A stretch of 64,000 nucleotides of DNA from Prochlorococcus sp. AG-355-B18 (GTDB lineage Bacteria; Cyanobacteriota; Cyanobacteriia; PCC-6307; Cyanobiaceae). The translations under genes were made by a program, and so were the position numbers. Below are positions 20,628 to 30,759 of the stretch, piece by piece; position 1 is the first letter of the stretch, and each line of letters opens with the position of its first letter. The stretch covers positions 1 through 64,000 of the forward strand of contig QCDI01000008.1 in the NCBI GenBank assembly GCA_003280965.1. Reading direction: 5' to 3'. The notes beneath the pieces were generated by a model. That model made no database searches. It had not been told where the DNA came from and saw nothing but the letters and a program-made list of their open reading frames with translations.

Positions 20628-21404
20628 GTGTCTTCTCAAAAAATATTTCTATTTGATTTTGATGGAGTTATAGTCGATGGAATGCAGGAATATTGGTATA
20701 GTTCTCTCCTGGCCTGTGAAAAATATTTAAATTCACCGTACATCTTTTTTGATCCAAAACTTTATAAAAGAGTACCAAATACTTTCAAAGAAATTAGGCC
20801 TTGGGTGAAATATGGTTGGGAAATGGTTCTAATTGTGCACGAAATTATAAAAAAAGAAAATCCAATAGCAAATCATAATAAAAATGATTTCCTTAATAAC
20901 TATCATCAAAATTGCCAGAGGATACTAAAAGATAATTCCTGGATTGCCAAAGATTTGCAAAAAATACTAGATAAGTCTCGTTTGTACCAAATTGATAAAG
21001 ATTTTAAATCTTGGGTGAATTTACACGATCCATTTTTTGAAGTTATAAATTTCTTAGAAGAGTTAAGGAAGAGAAATATAAAAACCGGAATAATAACAAC
21101 AAAAGGAAAAAAATTTGCAGAAAAAATACTTAAACAATTAAATATTTTTCCAGAGTTTATTTTTGGATATGAATCCGGAACAAAAATCAAAATAGCTGAA
21201 AAGCTTACTCAAACCTATGAAATTTTAGGTTTCATAGAAGATAGAAAAACTACTCTAATTGATATAAAAAAAAATTCAGGAACCTCCCATATTCCATGCT
21301 TCCTGGCGGATTGGGGATATTTAAAAGAATCAGATAGATATAATTTAAGTAATGAAATCACATTATTGAAATTAAGTAACCTTGAGGAATTAGTTGCAAT
21401 TTAA
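20628..21404 (+). CDS. HAD-superfamily hydrolase
   Basis: LFDFDGVIVD motif I, ITTK, FIEDR, ADWGY. Confidence 0.9.
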   Translation: MSSQKIFLFDFDGVIVDGMQEYWYSSLLACEKYLNSPYIFFDPKLYKRVPNTFKEIRPWVKYGWEMVLIVHEIIKKENPIANHNKNDFLNNYHQNCQRILKDNSWIAKDLQKILDKSRLYQIDKDFKSWVNLHDPFFEVINFLEELRKRNIKTGIITTKGKKFAEKILKQLNIFPEFIFGYESGTKIKIAEKLTQTYEILGFIEDRKTTLIDIKKNSGTSHIPCFLADWGYLKESDRYNLSNEITLLKLSNLEELVAI

Positions 21405-21418
21405 AGATAATCAGCTAG

Positions 21419-21432
21419 AGTACAGATGTACT
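21419..21432 (+). promoter_or_regulatory. Cyanobacterial LexA (SOS) box upstream of recA
   Basis: AGTACAGATGTACT fits RGTAC-N3-DGTWCB; palindromic; overlaps the first base of a -10-like TATAGT at 21432-21437. Confidence 0.85.
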
Positions 21433-21516
21433 ATAGTTTGTATTTATGAAGTTTGGTTTAAATAAAAAATTCCAAATTTAGAATAATTACAAGAACTTTA
21501 ACCGATAAATCAAACA

Positions 21517-22614
21517 ATGAGCCTCGAAGAAAAGAAAAAAACTGAATCAAAAGAAAAAGACAAAGCACTAAGTCTCGTCTTAGGTCAAATAGAAAGAAAT
21601 TTTGGACGAGGATCAATAATGAGACTTGGTGACGCCTCAAGAATGAAAGTAGAAACAATATCTACTGGAGCGCTCACCTTAGATCTAGCATTAGGAGGAG
21701 GCTATCCAAAAGGAAGAGTAGTAGAAGTTTACGGACCAGAAAGTTCAGGAAAAACCACATTAACGCTTCATGCGATTGCGGAGGTCCAAAAAAATGGAGG
21801 AGTGGCTGCATTTGTTGATGCTGAGCATGCACTCGATCCAGTTTATGCAGCCTCTTTAGGAGTTGATGTTGAAAATTTACTAGTTTCACAACCAGATACT
21901 GGAGAAATGGCTTTAGAAATAGTTGACCAACTTATAAGATCGAGTGCAGTAGATCTTGTTGTTGTTGACTCGGTCGCAGCATTAACCCCAAGAGCCGAGA
22001 TAGAAGGAGAGATGGGAGATCACGTAATTGGAAGCCAAGCAAGGCTAATGAGTCAAGCAATGAGAAAAATAACAGGAAATATTGGGAAATCTGGTTGCAC
22101 GGTAATATTCCTGAATCAATTACGATTAAAAATTGGCGTTACATACGGCAATCCAGAAACAACCACAGGAGGAAATGCATTAAAATTTTACGCCTCAGTA
22201 AGACTTGATATCAGAAGAATTCAAACTCTTAAAAGAGGAACTGAAGAATACGGAATAAGAGCGAAAGTAAAAGTAGCAAAAAACAAAGTTGCACCACCAT
22301 TTAGGATTGCAGAGTTTGATATTCTCTTCGGAAAAGGTATTAGTACGACAGGATGTTTATTAGATTTAGCAGAAGAGACTAATATCATAATAAGGAGAGG
22401 CGCTTGGTATAGCTATGAAGGAGAAAATATTGGACAAGGAAGAGATAATACAATTATTTGGCTTGATCAAAACTTAGAAATTAGGAATAAAGTAGAATCT
22501 ATGGTTAAAGAGAAATTAACCGAAGGTACTGAAGTCAGTTCTAATTCAATGAAAGCATTAAATAGCAATCCTGCTAATACAATCGATGTTAATGATATAA
22601 AAACAGTAGCTTAG
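21517..22614 (+). CDS. recA: Recombinase A
   Basis: [24 protein letters not shown]. Confidence 0.99.
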   Translation: MSLEEKKKTESKEKDKALSLVLGQIERNFGRGSIMRLGDASRMKVETISTGALTLDLALGGGYPKGRVVEVYGPESSGKTTLTLHAIAEVQKNGGVAAFVDAEHALDPVYAASLGVDVENLLVSQPDTGEMALEIVDQLIRSSAVDLVVVDSVAALTPRAEIEGEMGDHVIGSQARLMSQAMRKITGNIGKSGCTVIFLNQLRLKIGVTYGNPETTTGGNALKFYASVRLDIRRIQTLKRGTEEYGIRAKVKVAKNKVAPPFRIAEFDILFGKGISTTGCLLDLAEETNIIIRRGAWYSYEGENIGQGRDNTIIWLDQNLEIRNKVESMVKEKLTEGTEVSSNSMKALNSNPANTIDVNDIKTVA

Positions 22615-22616
22615 AT

Positions 22617-22862
22617 TTATAAAGAATCAGCCAACGTCCACCACCCAGCAGCAGGGCCTACAAATCTCACTACAATCCATAAGATTATTAAGCCTCCGAT
22701 TCCAAACCAGCTTGCCTTAATACTTAATTTAATTAGAGTATCTCTTTGCTTTATTGTAAAGGGGAGCCATTCGAATAATCTTGGAGACTCATCATATTTA
22801 GTTTTAGTATTACTTTTTTTTGGAGGTAACCCAAGTGTTTTTCGTCTTTTTGCTTCTCCCAT
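22617..22862 (-). CDS. Small cyanobacterial membrane protein (DUF2839-like)
   Basis: MGEAKRRK N-terminus, one TM helix, C-terminal GPAAGWW. Confidence 0.8.
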   Translation of the reverse strand: MGEAKRRKTLGLPPKKSNTKTKYDESPRLFEWLPFTIKQRDTLIKLSIKASWFGIGGLIILWIVVRFVGPAAGWWTLADSL

Positions 22863-22892
22863 ATTTCTTTAAGTTATTTTTAAAATCATAAG

Positions 22893-24341
22893 CTAATCAA
22901 AAGGTAGCATATAGTTAATTTGTTTTGATGGTTGAATGTTTTGCAAAAGTAATCTTCCCCAGTTTCTTTTATTTGCTCTTCCATCTAAAATTATTAACTT
23001 ACCTGAATTTCTTCTTAAAGGAGAAATAGATCTTTCAAGTTTTATTCTGGCTTGAGGAAGAAGGAAGTCTCTAAACCAATCTTGAGAAAGCTTTTTTTTA
23101 TAAGAAACTGTTATTACATTAATAGGCTCTGACATGTTCGGAATCGGAAGTAAAGGAATAATAATTTGTTCTGGAATTTGTATTAAGTAAGAATTCATGA
23201 TCCACCAATCGTAACTAGTGCAAAGAATTTCATTATTATGAATAGGAATCGTCTCTAGCAAAACCCTCTTTCCGTACTTGGAGGCTAATTCTGTGGCAAG
23301 GTTAGTTTTCAAATCAATATCATCAGACAAAATTAAAGTTAAACCCTTTCTAAAAAGTGTTAACTTATTGCATTTATCCAATATTGAATTCGTAAAAAGA
23401 GGATTATTAGGAAGCAACTGTTTAGAGGGTATATAAAGTGAGATCTTTTTCTCTTCAAAATTACTTTTAAAGTTAATGACTAAATCAAGATCTAAACCGT
23501 GCTCTTTAAGATAAATTTGAAAAAAATTATCTTTTCTCAAAGCTGATAAAAAAACAAATTTATTATTTGAAAAAAATTTCTTAATTTGAGCAAGTTCATC
23601 TATTGGCTGCAAATACAAATTCCAATCTAAATTTGTATTATTTAATTTTACCCAGCATGCCCAACCTTGAGCTAATGCTTTGTGAATGCTTAAAAATTTA
23701 TCAGAAAAAAAAGAATTTTCATGAAAAAAATTTGACAAAAAACTAATTTCTTTTTCATCTAAATTGATATAACTATTTCCTAAGACCTTTCTCTTGAAGA
23801 ACTTTTTCTTCAATGAATCATATACTTTATTAAATTTTTGATTGATAAATTCAAATTCTTTAAAATTTTTTGTCCAATCTTTTTTAAGTAAAGAAATTCT
23901 AAAATGATTCTTTAAATCCTGTTTTATATTTTCAACTCCAGAATAAACAATACGATGATTTTTAAGATTAAGAGAATTGGTATTATTAAGTAAATCGTCA
24001 ATTTTTATCAAGCGAATATGATGATTTGCAAAAATTAGTTGATCATTTTTTAAAATAAAATTTAAACCTAGATTTTCTAATGAACTAATCTGAAATTTTT
24101 TTATAAATTGAATTTTTTCTTCGGATAAAATAAAAGTTGAATTTTCTTCCCTTAAAGATAGGGAAATCAAAATTGGAGGTAACCAATCATGGGTCGAGAA
24201 AATTTCTGAATTAATTAGATATGTGGAATCATTATCAATACACTTGGAAATTATTCTCCCAAAAGAATATATCTGTTCCCAATTAATTCTCTCGTCTCTC
24301 AAAAAATTTTTCAAATATTGATGACTTAAAATTTCAAGCAT
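22893..24341 (-). CDS. Degenerate DinG/Rad3-related helicase-like protein
   Basis: C-terminal IIPLLP...PLRRNSGKLIILDGR resembles the DinG helicase C2 domain; no Walker A or DEAH visible. Confidence 0.7.
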   Translation of the reverse strand: MLEILSHQYLKNFLRDERINWEQIYSFGRIISKCIDNDSTYLINSEIFSTHDWLPPILISLSLREENSTFILSEEKIQFIKKFQISSLENLGLNFILKNDQLIFANHHIRLIKIDDLLNNTNSLNLKNHRIVYSGVENIKQDLKNHFRISLLKKDWTKNFKEFEFINQKFNKVYDSLKKKFFKRKVLGNSYINLDEKEISFLSNFFHENSFFSDKFLSIHKALAQGWACWVKLNNTNLDWNLYLQPIDELAQIKKFFSNNKFVFLSALRKDNFFQIYLKEHGLDLDLVINFKSNFEEKKISLYIPSKQLLPNNPLFTNSILDKCNKLTLFRKGLTLILSDDIDLKTNLATELASKYGKRVLLETIPIHNNEILCTSYDWWIMNSYLIQIPEQIIIPLLPIPNMSEPINVITVSYKKKLSQDWFRDFLLPQARIKLERSISPLRRNSGKLIILDGRANKRNWGRLLLQNIQPSKQINYMLPFD

Positions 24342-24437
24342 TTATAATAAATTTATTTAAATGTACATACAAAAATTTATGAACCTAATATACAAAAAAT
24401 TGTTATGAATATAAGAAAGTATTAAATTAATAAATCT

Positions 24438-25277
24438 ATGAAAATTGGAATAGTAGGATTAGGTTTAATTGGCGGTTCTTTAGGATTAAAACTCCAAAGT
24501 CTAAACCACACAATTTATGGAATAGCAAATAATGAATTAAATGAGAAAAAAGCTAAGGAAAAAAAGCTTGCAAATTTTGTTAGCTGTGATCTGAGCTTAT
24601 TAAAAAAATGTGAGCTGATAATTTTGGCATTGCCTATCAAAGATTTAATAATTCCATCTCAACGATTAGCAGCATCAATACCGCAAGAAGCAATAGTAAC
24701 TGATGTAGGCTCTGTTAAAGAGCCAATTGTAAATACATGGGAAAATTTACATCCTCTATTTATTGGATCACATCCAATGGCGGGAACAGAAAAGAAAGGG
24801 GTTGATTCAGGTTTTGAAGGTCTTTTTAAAAATGCAAAATGGATTATTACCCCTACACAAAATAGTGATTCAAATGCAGTTAGAACTATTTCCAAGCTAA
24901 TAAAATCAATGGATTGTGAAATTTGTAAAGCCTCTCCAAAAGAGCATGATGAAGCAGTATCTCTAATTTCTCATTTGCCTATATTTTTAGCTTCTACTCT
25001 AATTGAAACTGCCTACACAAAAAATAATCCAGCTTTATTAGATCTCACACAAAAGCTAGCTGCTACAGGATTTGCTGACACTTCGAGAGTTGGTGGCGGC
25101 AATGAAAAACTAGGCTTAGATTTAGCTATGAATAATCAGATTAATGTTTTAAATGCCATTAATAATTTTAAAAAAAGGTTAAATACAATGGAATCTCTTA
25201 TAAAAGAAAAAAATTGGGAGTTACTCTCTAAGAAACTTTCTGAAGCAAAAGAAATCAGAGAAAAATTTATAAATTAA
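24438..25277 (+). CDS. tyrA: Prephenate/arogenate dehydrogenase
   Basis: GLGLIGGS, TDVGSVK, HPMAG, HDEAVSLISHLP. Confidence 0.95.
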   Translation: MKIGIVGLGLIGGSLGLKLQSLNHTIYGIANNELNEKKAKEKKLANFVSCDLSLLKKCELIILALPIKDLIIPSQRLAASIPQEAIVTDVGSVKEPIVNTWENLHPLFIGSHPMAGTEKKGVDSGFEGLFKNAKWIITPTQNSDSNAVRTISKLIKSMDCEICKASPKEHDEAVSLISHLPIFLASTLIETAYTKNNPALLDLTQKLAATGFADTSRVGGGNEKLGLDLAMNNQINVLNAINNFKKRLNTMESLIKEKNWELLSKKLSEAKEIREKFIN

Positions 25278-26772
25278 AATTTTCTATACCCTTAGAAGCT
25301 AGAATTTGTCTTGAAACCATTAATGCAGACTGGCTAACACCTGCTGTCCCCTCTCCTGGATAAATTGAGTCTCCACATAACCATAAACCTTCAAAAGGCG
25401 TCCTACTTGATAATCCAAATAAACCAAAAATATCTGGATTTTGACCAAGCCCGCCTACTATTCCGTTGGGTCTATTAGTCCATTTTTGAAATCCCACAGG
25501 AGTCGCTAATTCCCTATGTAGCCAATTTTCCGGATCAATCTGAAATTGACTTTCCAGTTCAACTGATATCTTTTTCATAAAATCCTTTTTTTTCTTTATG
25601 TAATTTTTTTTATCTAGATCAAACCAATCTTTTGTTTTAGTAAAAATACTAGCTATTAAAGTAACCTCACCTTTTGGCGCTCTTCCATCACCATCATCAC
25701 TAATTGAGACAAATAAAGAACCAAATTCATTCGAAACAAATTGATAATGATTTGAGGAAGATTTTTTAATATTTTCTTTTTTTAATGCTGAATAAAAAAC
25801 TAAAGCTCCACTTGGATCAGGCAAATTATTAAGTCGATTTTTATAACTTTTTTTTCTTTTTAAAGGATCTTTCAGATGCTTGAGCAAAGATTGAGGAGGC
25901 GCGGTATAAATCAAATCTTTTGCATGGTAAATAAAAGAATTTTTTTTTGAATTAGCAGATACTTTCCAGCACATATTTACGTCATCAAAATTTAAAGAAT
26001 TAACTTTTTGTCCAAAAATTATTTTAACTCCAGTTTTTCTCAATGAACTTTCTAATGCTTCACTTAAAGACTGCATAGATTTTTTAAGATGCCACAGACC
26101 ATGTGGCTGTTGGCACATCTGAAGAACAGTAGATCCATATAATGCTGCAGTATTATAAACGTCCTCTTGAGAATAAAGTTTTAGTTGCAGATTTAAGAAT
26201 TTTATCAAGCGCTCATCCTTCGATAATCCACAAATCCTCAATAAATCAAAAATAGTAGATTTAACTAAGATTCCTGTGACAAGATTAGACGGTACTAATG
26301 CTTTGAGAAGTTGAGAAAAATCCCAAAAATTATTTATTGGTAATACAGGATTATTGTTAGCAAATATCCAATTACTTTGATGTATGAGGGTGCAAAGTTT
26401 CCAAAATCTATCACTCCCAGGAAACTGTATTTCTCGTTCAGCAATCCATTTGCTTTTTTCATACCAAATAGGTATGGGCTTACCACCATCATTTAAATCA
26501 ACAATGCAAGCAGGGTCTAAAATTGTAGCTTCAGGTGATGGGATATCTAAAAAATCAAAAATTTTAGAATGTATTCCTCCTTTCTCTAAACCTGCAACCT
26601 GAGTTGCACCAACATCAAATATATAATTCTTTCTTTTAAAAGTACCGGCACATCCTCCTGATTGAGTATGAGATTCAATTAAAGTCACTGATAAACCTTG
26701 TTTTGATAAAATTGCTGCAGAAGTTAGTCCTGCTATACCAGCGCCAACGACAACAATTTCGGAATTTCTCAT
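25267..26772 (-). CDS. crtD: Carotenoid desaturase, CrtD/CrtI FAD oxidoreductase family
   Basis: VVGAGIAGL, FDVGATQVAG, CGDSIYPGEGTAGV; start moved to ATG 26772. Confidence 0.8.
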   Translation of the reverse strand: MRNSEIVVVGAGIAGLTSAAILSKQGLSVTLIESHTQSGGCAGTFKRKNYIFDVGATQVAGLEKGGIHSKIFDFLDIPSPEATILDPACIVDLNDGGKPIPIWYEKSKWIAEREIQFPGSDRFWKLCTLIHQSNWIFANNNPVLPINNFWDFSQLLKALVPSNLVTGILVKSTIFDLLRICGLSKDERLIKFLNLQLKLYSQEDVYNTAALYGSTVLQMCQQPHGLWHLKKSMQSLSEALESSLRKTGVKIIFGQKVNSLNFDDVNMCWKVSANSKKNSFIYHAKDLIYTAPPQSLLKHLKDPLKRKKSYKNRLNNLPDPSGALVFYSALKKENIKKSSSNHYQFVSNEFGSLFVSISDDGDGRAPKGEVTLIASIFTKTKDWFDLDKKNYIKKKKDFMKKISVELESQFQIDPENWLHRELATPVGFQKWTNRPNGIVGGLGQNPDIFGLFGLSSRTPFEGLWLCGDSIYPGEGTAGVSQSALMVSRQILASKGIENFNL

Positions 26773-26777
26773 TGAAA

Positions 26778-27659
26778 ATGCAAAAATTATCACCTATTGA
26801 AGTTAACGAAATTTGTAGTGAATTAGGTGAAACCTATCCAAAAAGTATTGAACCTGTTCATGGGGGCGATATACATAGTGCCTGGCAAATAGAATTCTCA
26901 AACAAAAAAAAATTTTTCCTAAAAAGAAATGATAGAAACAAAAAATTTCTTGAATTTGAAAAATATTGTCTTCAAAATTTAAGAAAGTATATTAATCAAG
27001 AAAACTTAGTCATTCCTGAAGTTATTACATATAAAAATATCAAAAATATAGAGTATCTTTTAATTGAATGGATAGATATGCAAAATTTTGACCAAAAAAA
27101 ACTCGGAAAAGGTTTAGGCGAAATGCACTTGAAATCAGCTGAATCTAATCCAAAAATGTTTGGATTTCCAGTTGAGGGATTTATTGGAACCACAGATCAG
27201 AAGAAAGGCTGGGAAGATAATTGGTTAGATTGTTTTTTAAACTTACGGTTAATGCCACAATTATCAATTCTCAAATCTAATTTATTAGATCAAGGGATAA
27301 TAAATAAAATTAAAGCAAAAATTAAATCAGAATTGCTTAATCATAAACCAATAAATGTTCTTGTTCATGGTGATTTGTGGTCAGGAAATGCAGGAATGGA
27401 CCAAAGTGGTAAGGGGGTTATATTTGACCCAGCATCATGGTGGGCAGATAATGAAGTAGACATAGCCATGACAAAACTTTTTGGAGGTTTTGAAAACGAT
27501 TTTTATGAAGAATATTATAAAATTTTCCCATTAAAGGAAAATTTTGAAAATAGAATTATTATTTATAATTTTTATCACATATTGAATCATGCCAATATGT
27601 TTGGAGGATCATATCTAAATCAAGTCAAAGATTACGTAAAAGCAATACTTAGTATGTAA
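26778..27659 (+). CDS. Fructosamine kinase family protein
   Basis: GGDIH, HGDLWSGN, FDPAS, NHANMFG; start moved to ATG 26778. Confidence 0.92.
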   Translation: MQKLSPIEVNEICSELGETYPKSIEPVHGGDIHSAWQIEFSNKKKFFLKRNDRNKKFLEFEKYCLQNLRKYINQENLVIPEVITYKNIKNIEYLLIEWIDMQNFDQKKLGKGLGEMHLKSAESNPKMFGFPVEGFIGTTDQKKGWEDNWLDCFLNLRLMPQLSILKSNLLDQGIINKIKAKIKSELLNHKPINVLVHGDLWSGNAGMDQSGKGVIFDPASWWADNEVDIAMTKLFGGFENDFYEEYYKIFPLKENFENRIIIYNFYHILNHANMFGGSYLNQVKDYVKAILSM

Positions 27660-27666
27660 TCTTGAA

Positions 27667-28032
27667 CTATCCTAGATAAGTCTTTTTAAGATTTTGTACC
27701 TTATCTAAAACAGCTTCACGATTTTCACTGGTGCGAAGATTCTGCCAGCTCCATTGGCCAACTACTATTACTCCTAGAAGTTCTAGCAAACCTGGAAGAA
27801 TTGGGAAGAAGTTAATCGTGTCAATGACAACTTTTATTATTATCTGAGCTATGACTACAACGGCTATTATGCCTGCAGCTTTGCCATACTTACCCATTTG
27901 AGTCCAATCAACATTACCAAGGGTTTCGTTGACTTTTCCCATGACATCAGAGTACTTCTCTGAAAAGCTTTTGGTTTCTGAGCTTGTATCGGAGCCGGAG
28001 TCTTGATTTGACCCTGGAGTGTTATCACTCAT
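27667..28032 (-). CDS. CAAD-domain (CurT/CURT1-like) thylakoid membrane protein
   Basis: IN-x2-P-x-LPGLLELLG CAAD signature with two TMs; start moved to ATG 28032. Confidence 0.85.
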   Translation of the reverse strand: MSDNTPGSNQDSGSDTSSETKSFSEKYSDVMGKVNETLGNVDWTQMGKYGKAAGIIAVVVIAQIIIKVVIDTINFFPILPGLLELLGVIVVGQWSWQNLRTSENREAVLDKVQNLKKTYLG

Positions 28033-28326
28033 GAATTCAGTAAACTTAAATATATGAACCAGACAGTATCGGAAAAAAGGCCTGTTGACTACCTTTTTGT
28101 TGTGCAAAATTCCGAACCGAAACATTTTGTATTTTTTAGAGACGTTGCTATATAAAGTTTCTGGAGGTATTTAAACTTAAAATTGATTTATAAAAACTTC
28201 ACATTATCATCTAGTTCTAACAAAAACATTAATAAAATTAAGTAAAAGGAAATTTTTAAAAGGCTAAAATTTTTATTTTAATTATTATATTTTCATAGTT
28301 TAATTTTTAAAAGTTAAAGAATCGGT

Positions 28327-29472
28327 ATGTCCAAAAATATTAAATATAATTTCTTAACTACAGATGAAAAAGAAAGATATCAAAAACATTTAACACTCAA
28401 AGAGATAGGTTATGAAGGTCAACTAAGCCTAAAAAACAGTTCAGTGTTATGTATTGGAGCAGGTGGCCTTGGTTCTTCTGTTTTGCTTTATTTAGCTGCA
28501 GCAGGAATAGGGAAAATTGGAATAGTTGATAATGATTACGTTGAGAAGTCTAATCTCCAAAGACAGATAATTCATGAAACGAATACTATAGGTAGTCTAA
28601 AAATTGATTCCGCCCAGGAAAGAATAAAAAAATTTAATCCTAATTCTGAATTATTGACATTTGCTGAAAGATTTAATCCTAAGAATGCTCTAGAAATAAT
28701 TCAAAAATTTGATATTATTTGCGATTGTTCAGATAATTTTGGAACTAGATATTTGATAAATGATGCATGCTTGATACTAAATAAACCTTTAGTCTTTGGC
28801 AGTGTTCAGGGCTTTGAAGGACAAGTAAGTGTATTCAACTTAAATAAAACTAGTCCTAATTTAAGAGACTTACTACCAGAATCACCTTCAAAAAATACCG
28901 TCCCTAGTTGTGCAGAATATGGGGTTGTGGGTGTATCCACAGGTCTAATAGGAATTATTCAGGTGAATGAAATTATCAAAATTATTTTAAAAAAAGGTGA
29001 GGTTTTAGATGGAAAAATTATGGTTTTTGATCTGTTGAATATGAATACGAAAAAATTACATCTAAAAAGTGATCAAGTAAATAAACAAATCAATAATCTT
29101 TCTAAGTTTATGGACTACTATAGTGACGATGAATGTTCTACGCAAACTGGAACAATCAACAGAATTAATGCTTGTGATTTTAATAGCTTATATAAAATTA
29201 AACCTAACAAAATTCTTTTAATTGATGTTAGGGAAAATGAAGAATTTTCTGCATCTGCAATTGATGGCTCTATATCACTCCCCCTGAGTCATTTGAACCA
29301 AAAGCCTGACTTGGGATTTATTCAAAAAGAAAGTTTAATTAAAGAGGTTTTCACCATATGTAAAACAGGGAAACGTTCTGAAAAAGCTTCAAGAATCTTG
29401 TCTAAATTCAAAATTCAATCGAGATCTATTGAGGGTGGCATTGAAAAGGTAAAAAGATTATTAAGCGATTAA
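28327..29472 (+). CDS. moeB: MoeB/ThiF-family adenylyltransferase with C-terminal rhodanese (MoeZ-like)
   Basis: IGAGGLG, SNLQRQ, DCSDNF, PSCAE, LIDVRE...CKTGKRS. Confidence 0.9.
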   Translation: MSKNIKYNFLTTDEKERYQKHLTLKEIGYEGQLSLKNSSVLCIGAGGLGSSVLLYLAAAGIGKIGIVDNDYVEKSNLQRQIIHETNTIGSLKIDSAQERIKKFNPNSELLTFAERFNPKNALEIIQKFDIICDCSDNFGTRYLINDACLILNKPLVFGSVQGFEGQVSVFNLNKTSPNLRDLLPESPSKNTVPSCAEYGVVGVSTGLIGIIQVNEIIKIILKKGEVLDGKIMVFDLLNMNTKKLHLKSDQVNKQINNLSKFMDYYSDDECSTQTGTINRINACDFNSLYKIKPNKILLIDVRENEEFSASAIDGSISLPLSHLNQKPDLGFIQKESLIKEVFTICKTGKRSEKASRILSKFKIQSRSIEGGIEKVKRLLSD

Positions 29473-29490
29473 TATTTTAAGTATAAATAT

Positions 29491-30651
29491 TTAGTAATCT
29501 ACACCTCTTTTCAAATCAACTCCAACATTCGCATAGTGCTTATGACACACCATTTCAGAGTAAATATCAGCGAGTTCAAAATATGAAGGTTCATTTTTAC
29601 ATCTACCAGTAATAATTACTTCTGTTTCTGCTGGTTTCTTTAAGAGCGTTTGATATATTGATTCCACAGGTAGTAGCTCTAAATCAACAGTTGGGTTCAA
29701 TTCATCCAAAATAATTGTTTTATACAAACCACTCAAAATAGCAGCTTTAGCTATTTCCCATGCTCTTTCAGCCTCAACATAATCAATTGGTTTTTGCTGA
29801 CCTCTCCACACGATCGCATCTCTTCCAGATCGCAAATGATCTACCAAATGTGGGTAACTTTCTCTCAATGCTTCTATAGCAGCATCTTCGGTGTAGCCAG
29901 TTCCGCCTTTTAACCACTGTAAAATTAAAACTCTATGACTTTTATCTTGAGAGATTCCTTTACCAATTGCTTGAAGAGCCTTGCCAAGTGCACTTGTGGA
30001 TTTACCTTTACCCTCTCCTGTGTATATCTCAATTCCACCAGTACATCTCTTTTGTCCTATTAGTTTTGATAAATCTCCTTTTAAACGTGATCTCATTTCT
30101 GAATGAAGTTGTGATATTCTCACCAAAGAAGGAGGGGCTGCCCTTCCGGTAATAATTATTTCCAGTCCGTCAGGACGATTTTGAAGAGAATCAACAACTT
30201 CCTTTATATCAAGCATTCCTAAATCAAGAACTGGATTCAGCTCATCTAGTACAACAACAGAATAAAGAGAGCTAGCGATTGCTCCTTTTGCAATATTCCA
30301 ACCTCTCTCAGCCTCACCAATATCAAATTTTGTCACCTGGTCTTCAGTAAAGAATTCTGACCTTCCTGTCCTTACATGGTCTATTAAGTGTGGGAATCCC
30401 CTTTGCAGGGCCTCTATAGCTGCATCCTCATCATATGACCTCTCAGGTCCCTTTAAAAATCTGAGAAGAAGTACTCTCGACTGTTTTTTTTCGCATATTC
30501 CTAGTCCAATTGTCCTTAAAACAACACCCAAAGCAGCCTGACTTTTACCTTTTCCTTCCCCATCATAAATATGTAATTGACCTTGTGATCTTTCTTGACT
30601 GTCACTTGCGGTGACAATTCCAATACCTTTATTTCTTCTTGTATTTGTCAA
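29491..30651 (-). CDS. cobO: Cob(I)yrinic acid a,c-diamide adenosyltransferase, tandem two-domain form
   Basis: Two copies each of Y-x-GEGKGKS, LDELNP and IITGR. Confidence 0.92.
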   Translation of the reverse strand: MTNTRRNKGIGIVTASDSQERSQGQLHIYDGEGKGKSQAALGVVLRTIGLGICEKKQSRVLLLRFLKGPERSYDEDAAIEALQRGFPHLIDHVRTGRSEFFTEDQVTKFDIGEAERGWNIAKGAIASSLYSVVVLDELNPVLDLGMLDIKEVVDSLQNRPDGLEIIITGRAAPPSLVRISQLHSEMRSRLKGDLSKLIGQKRCTGGIEIYTGEGKGKSTSALGKALQAIGKGISQDKSHRVLILQWLKGGTGYTEDAAIEALRESYPHLVDHLRSGRDAIVWRGQQKPIDYVEAERAWEIAKAAILSGLYKTIILDELNPTVDLELLPVESIYQTLLKKPAETEVIITGRCKNEPSYFELADIYSEMVCHKHYANVGVDLKRGVDY

Positions 30652-30759
30652 TTGAACAAGGTGAATAAATTTAATCTAAGATATAGTTAAATATATTATT
30701 AAAAATTTAATAATAAATTCAACCTATACATAGGTAATTTGAATTTTAAAGTAATTAGC

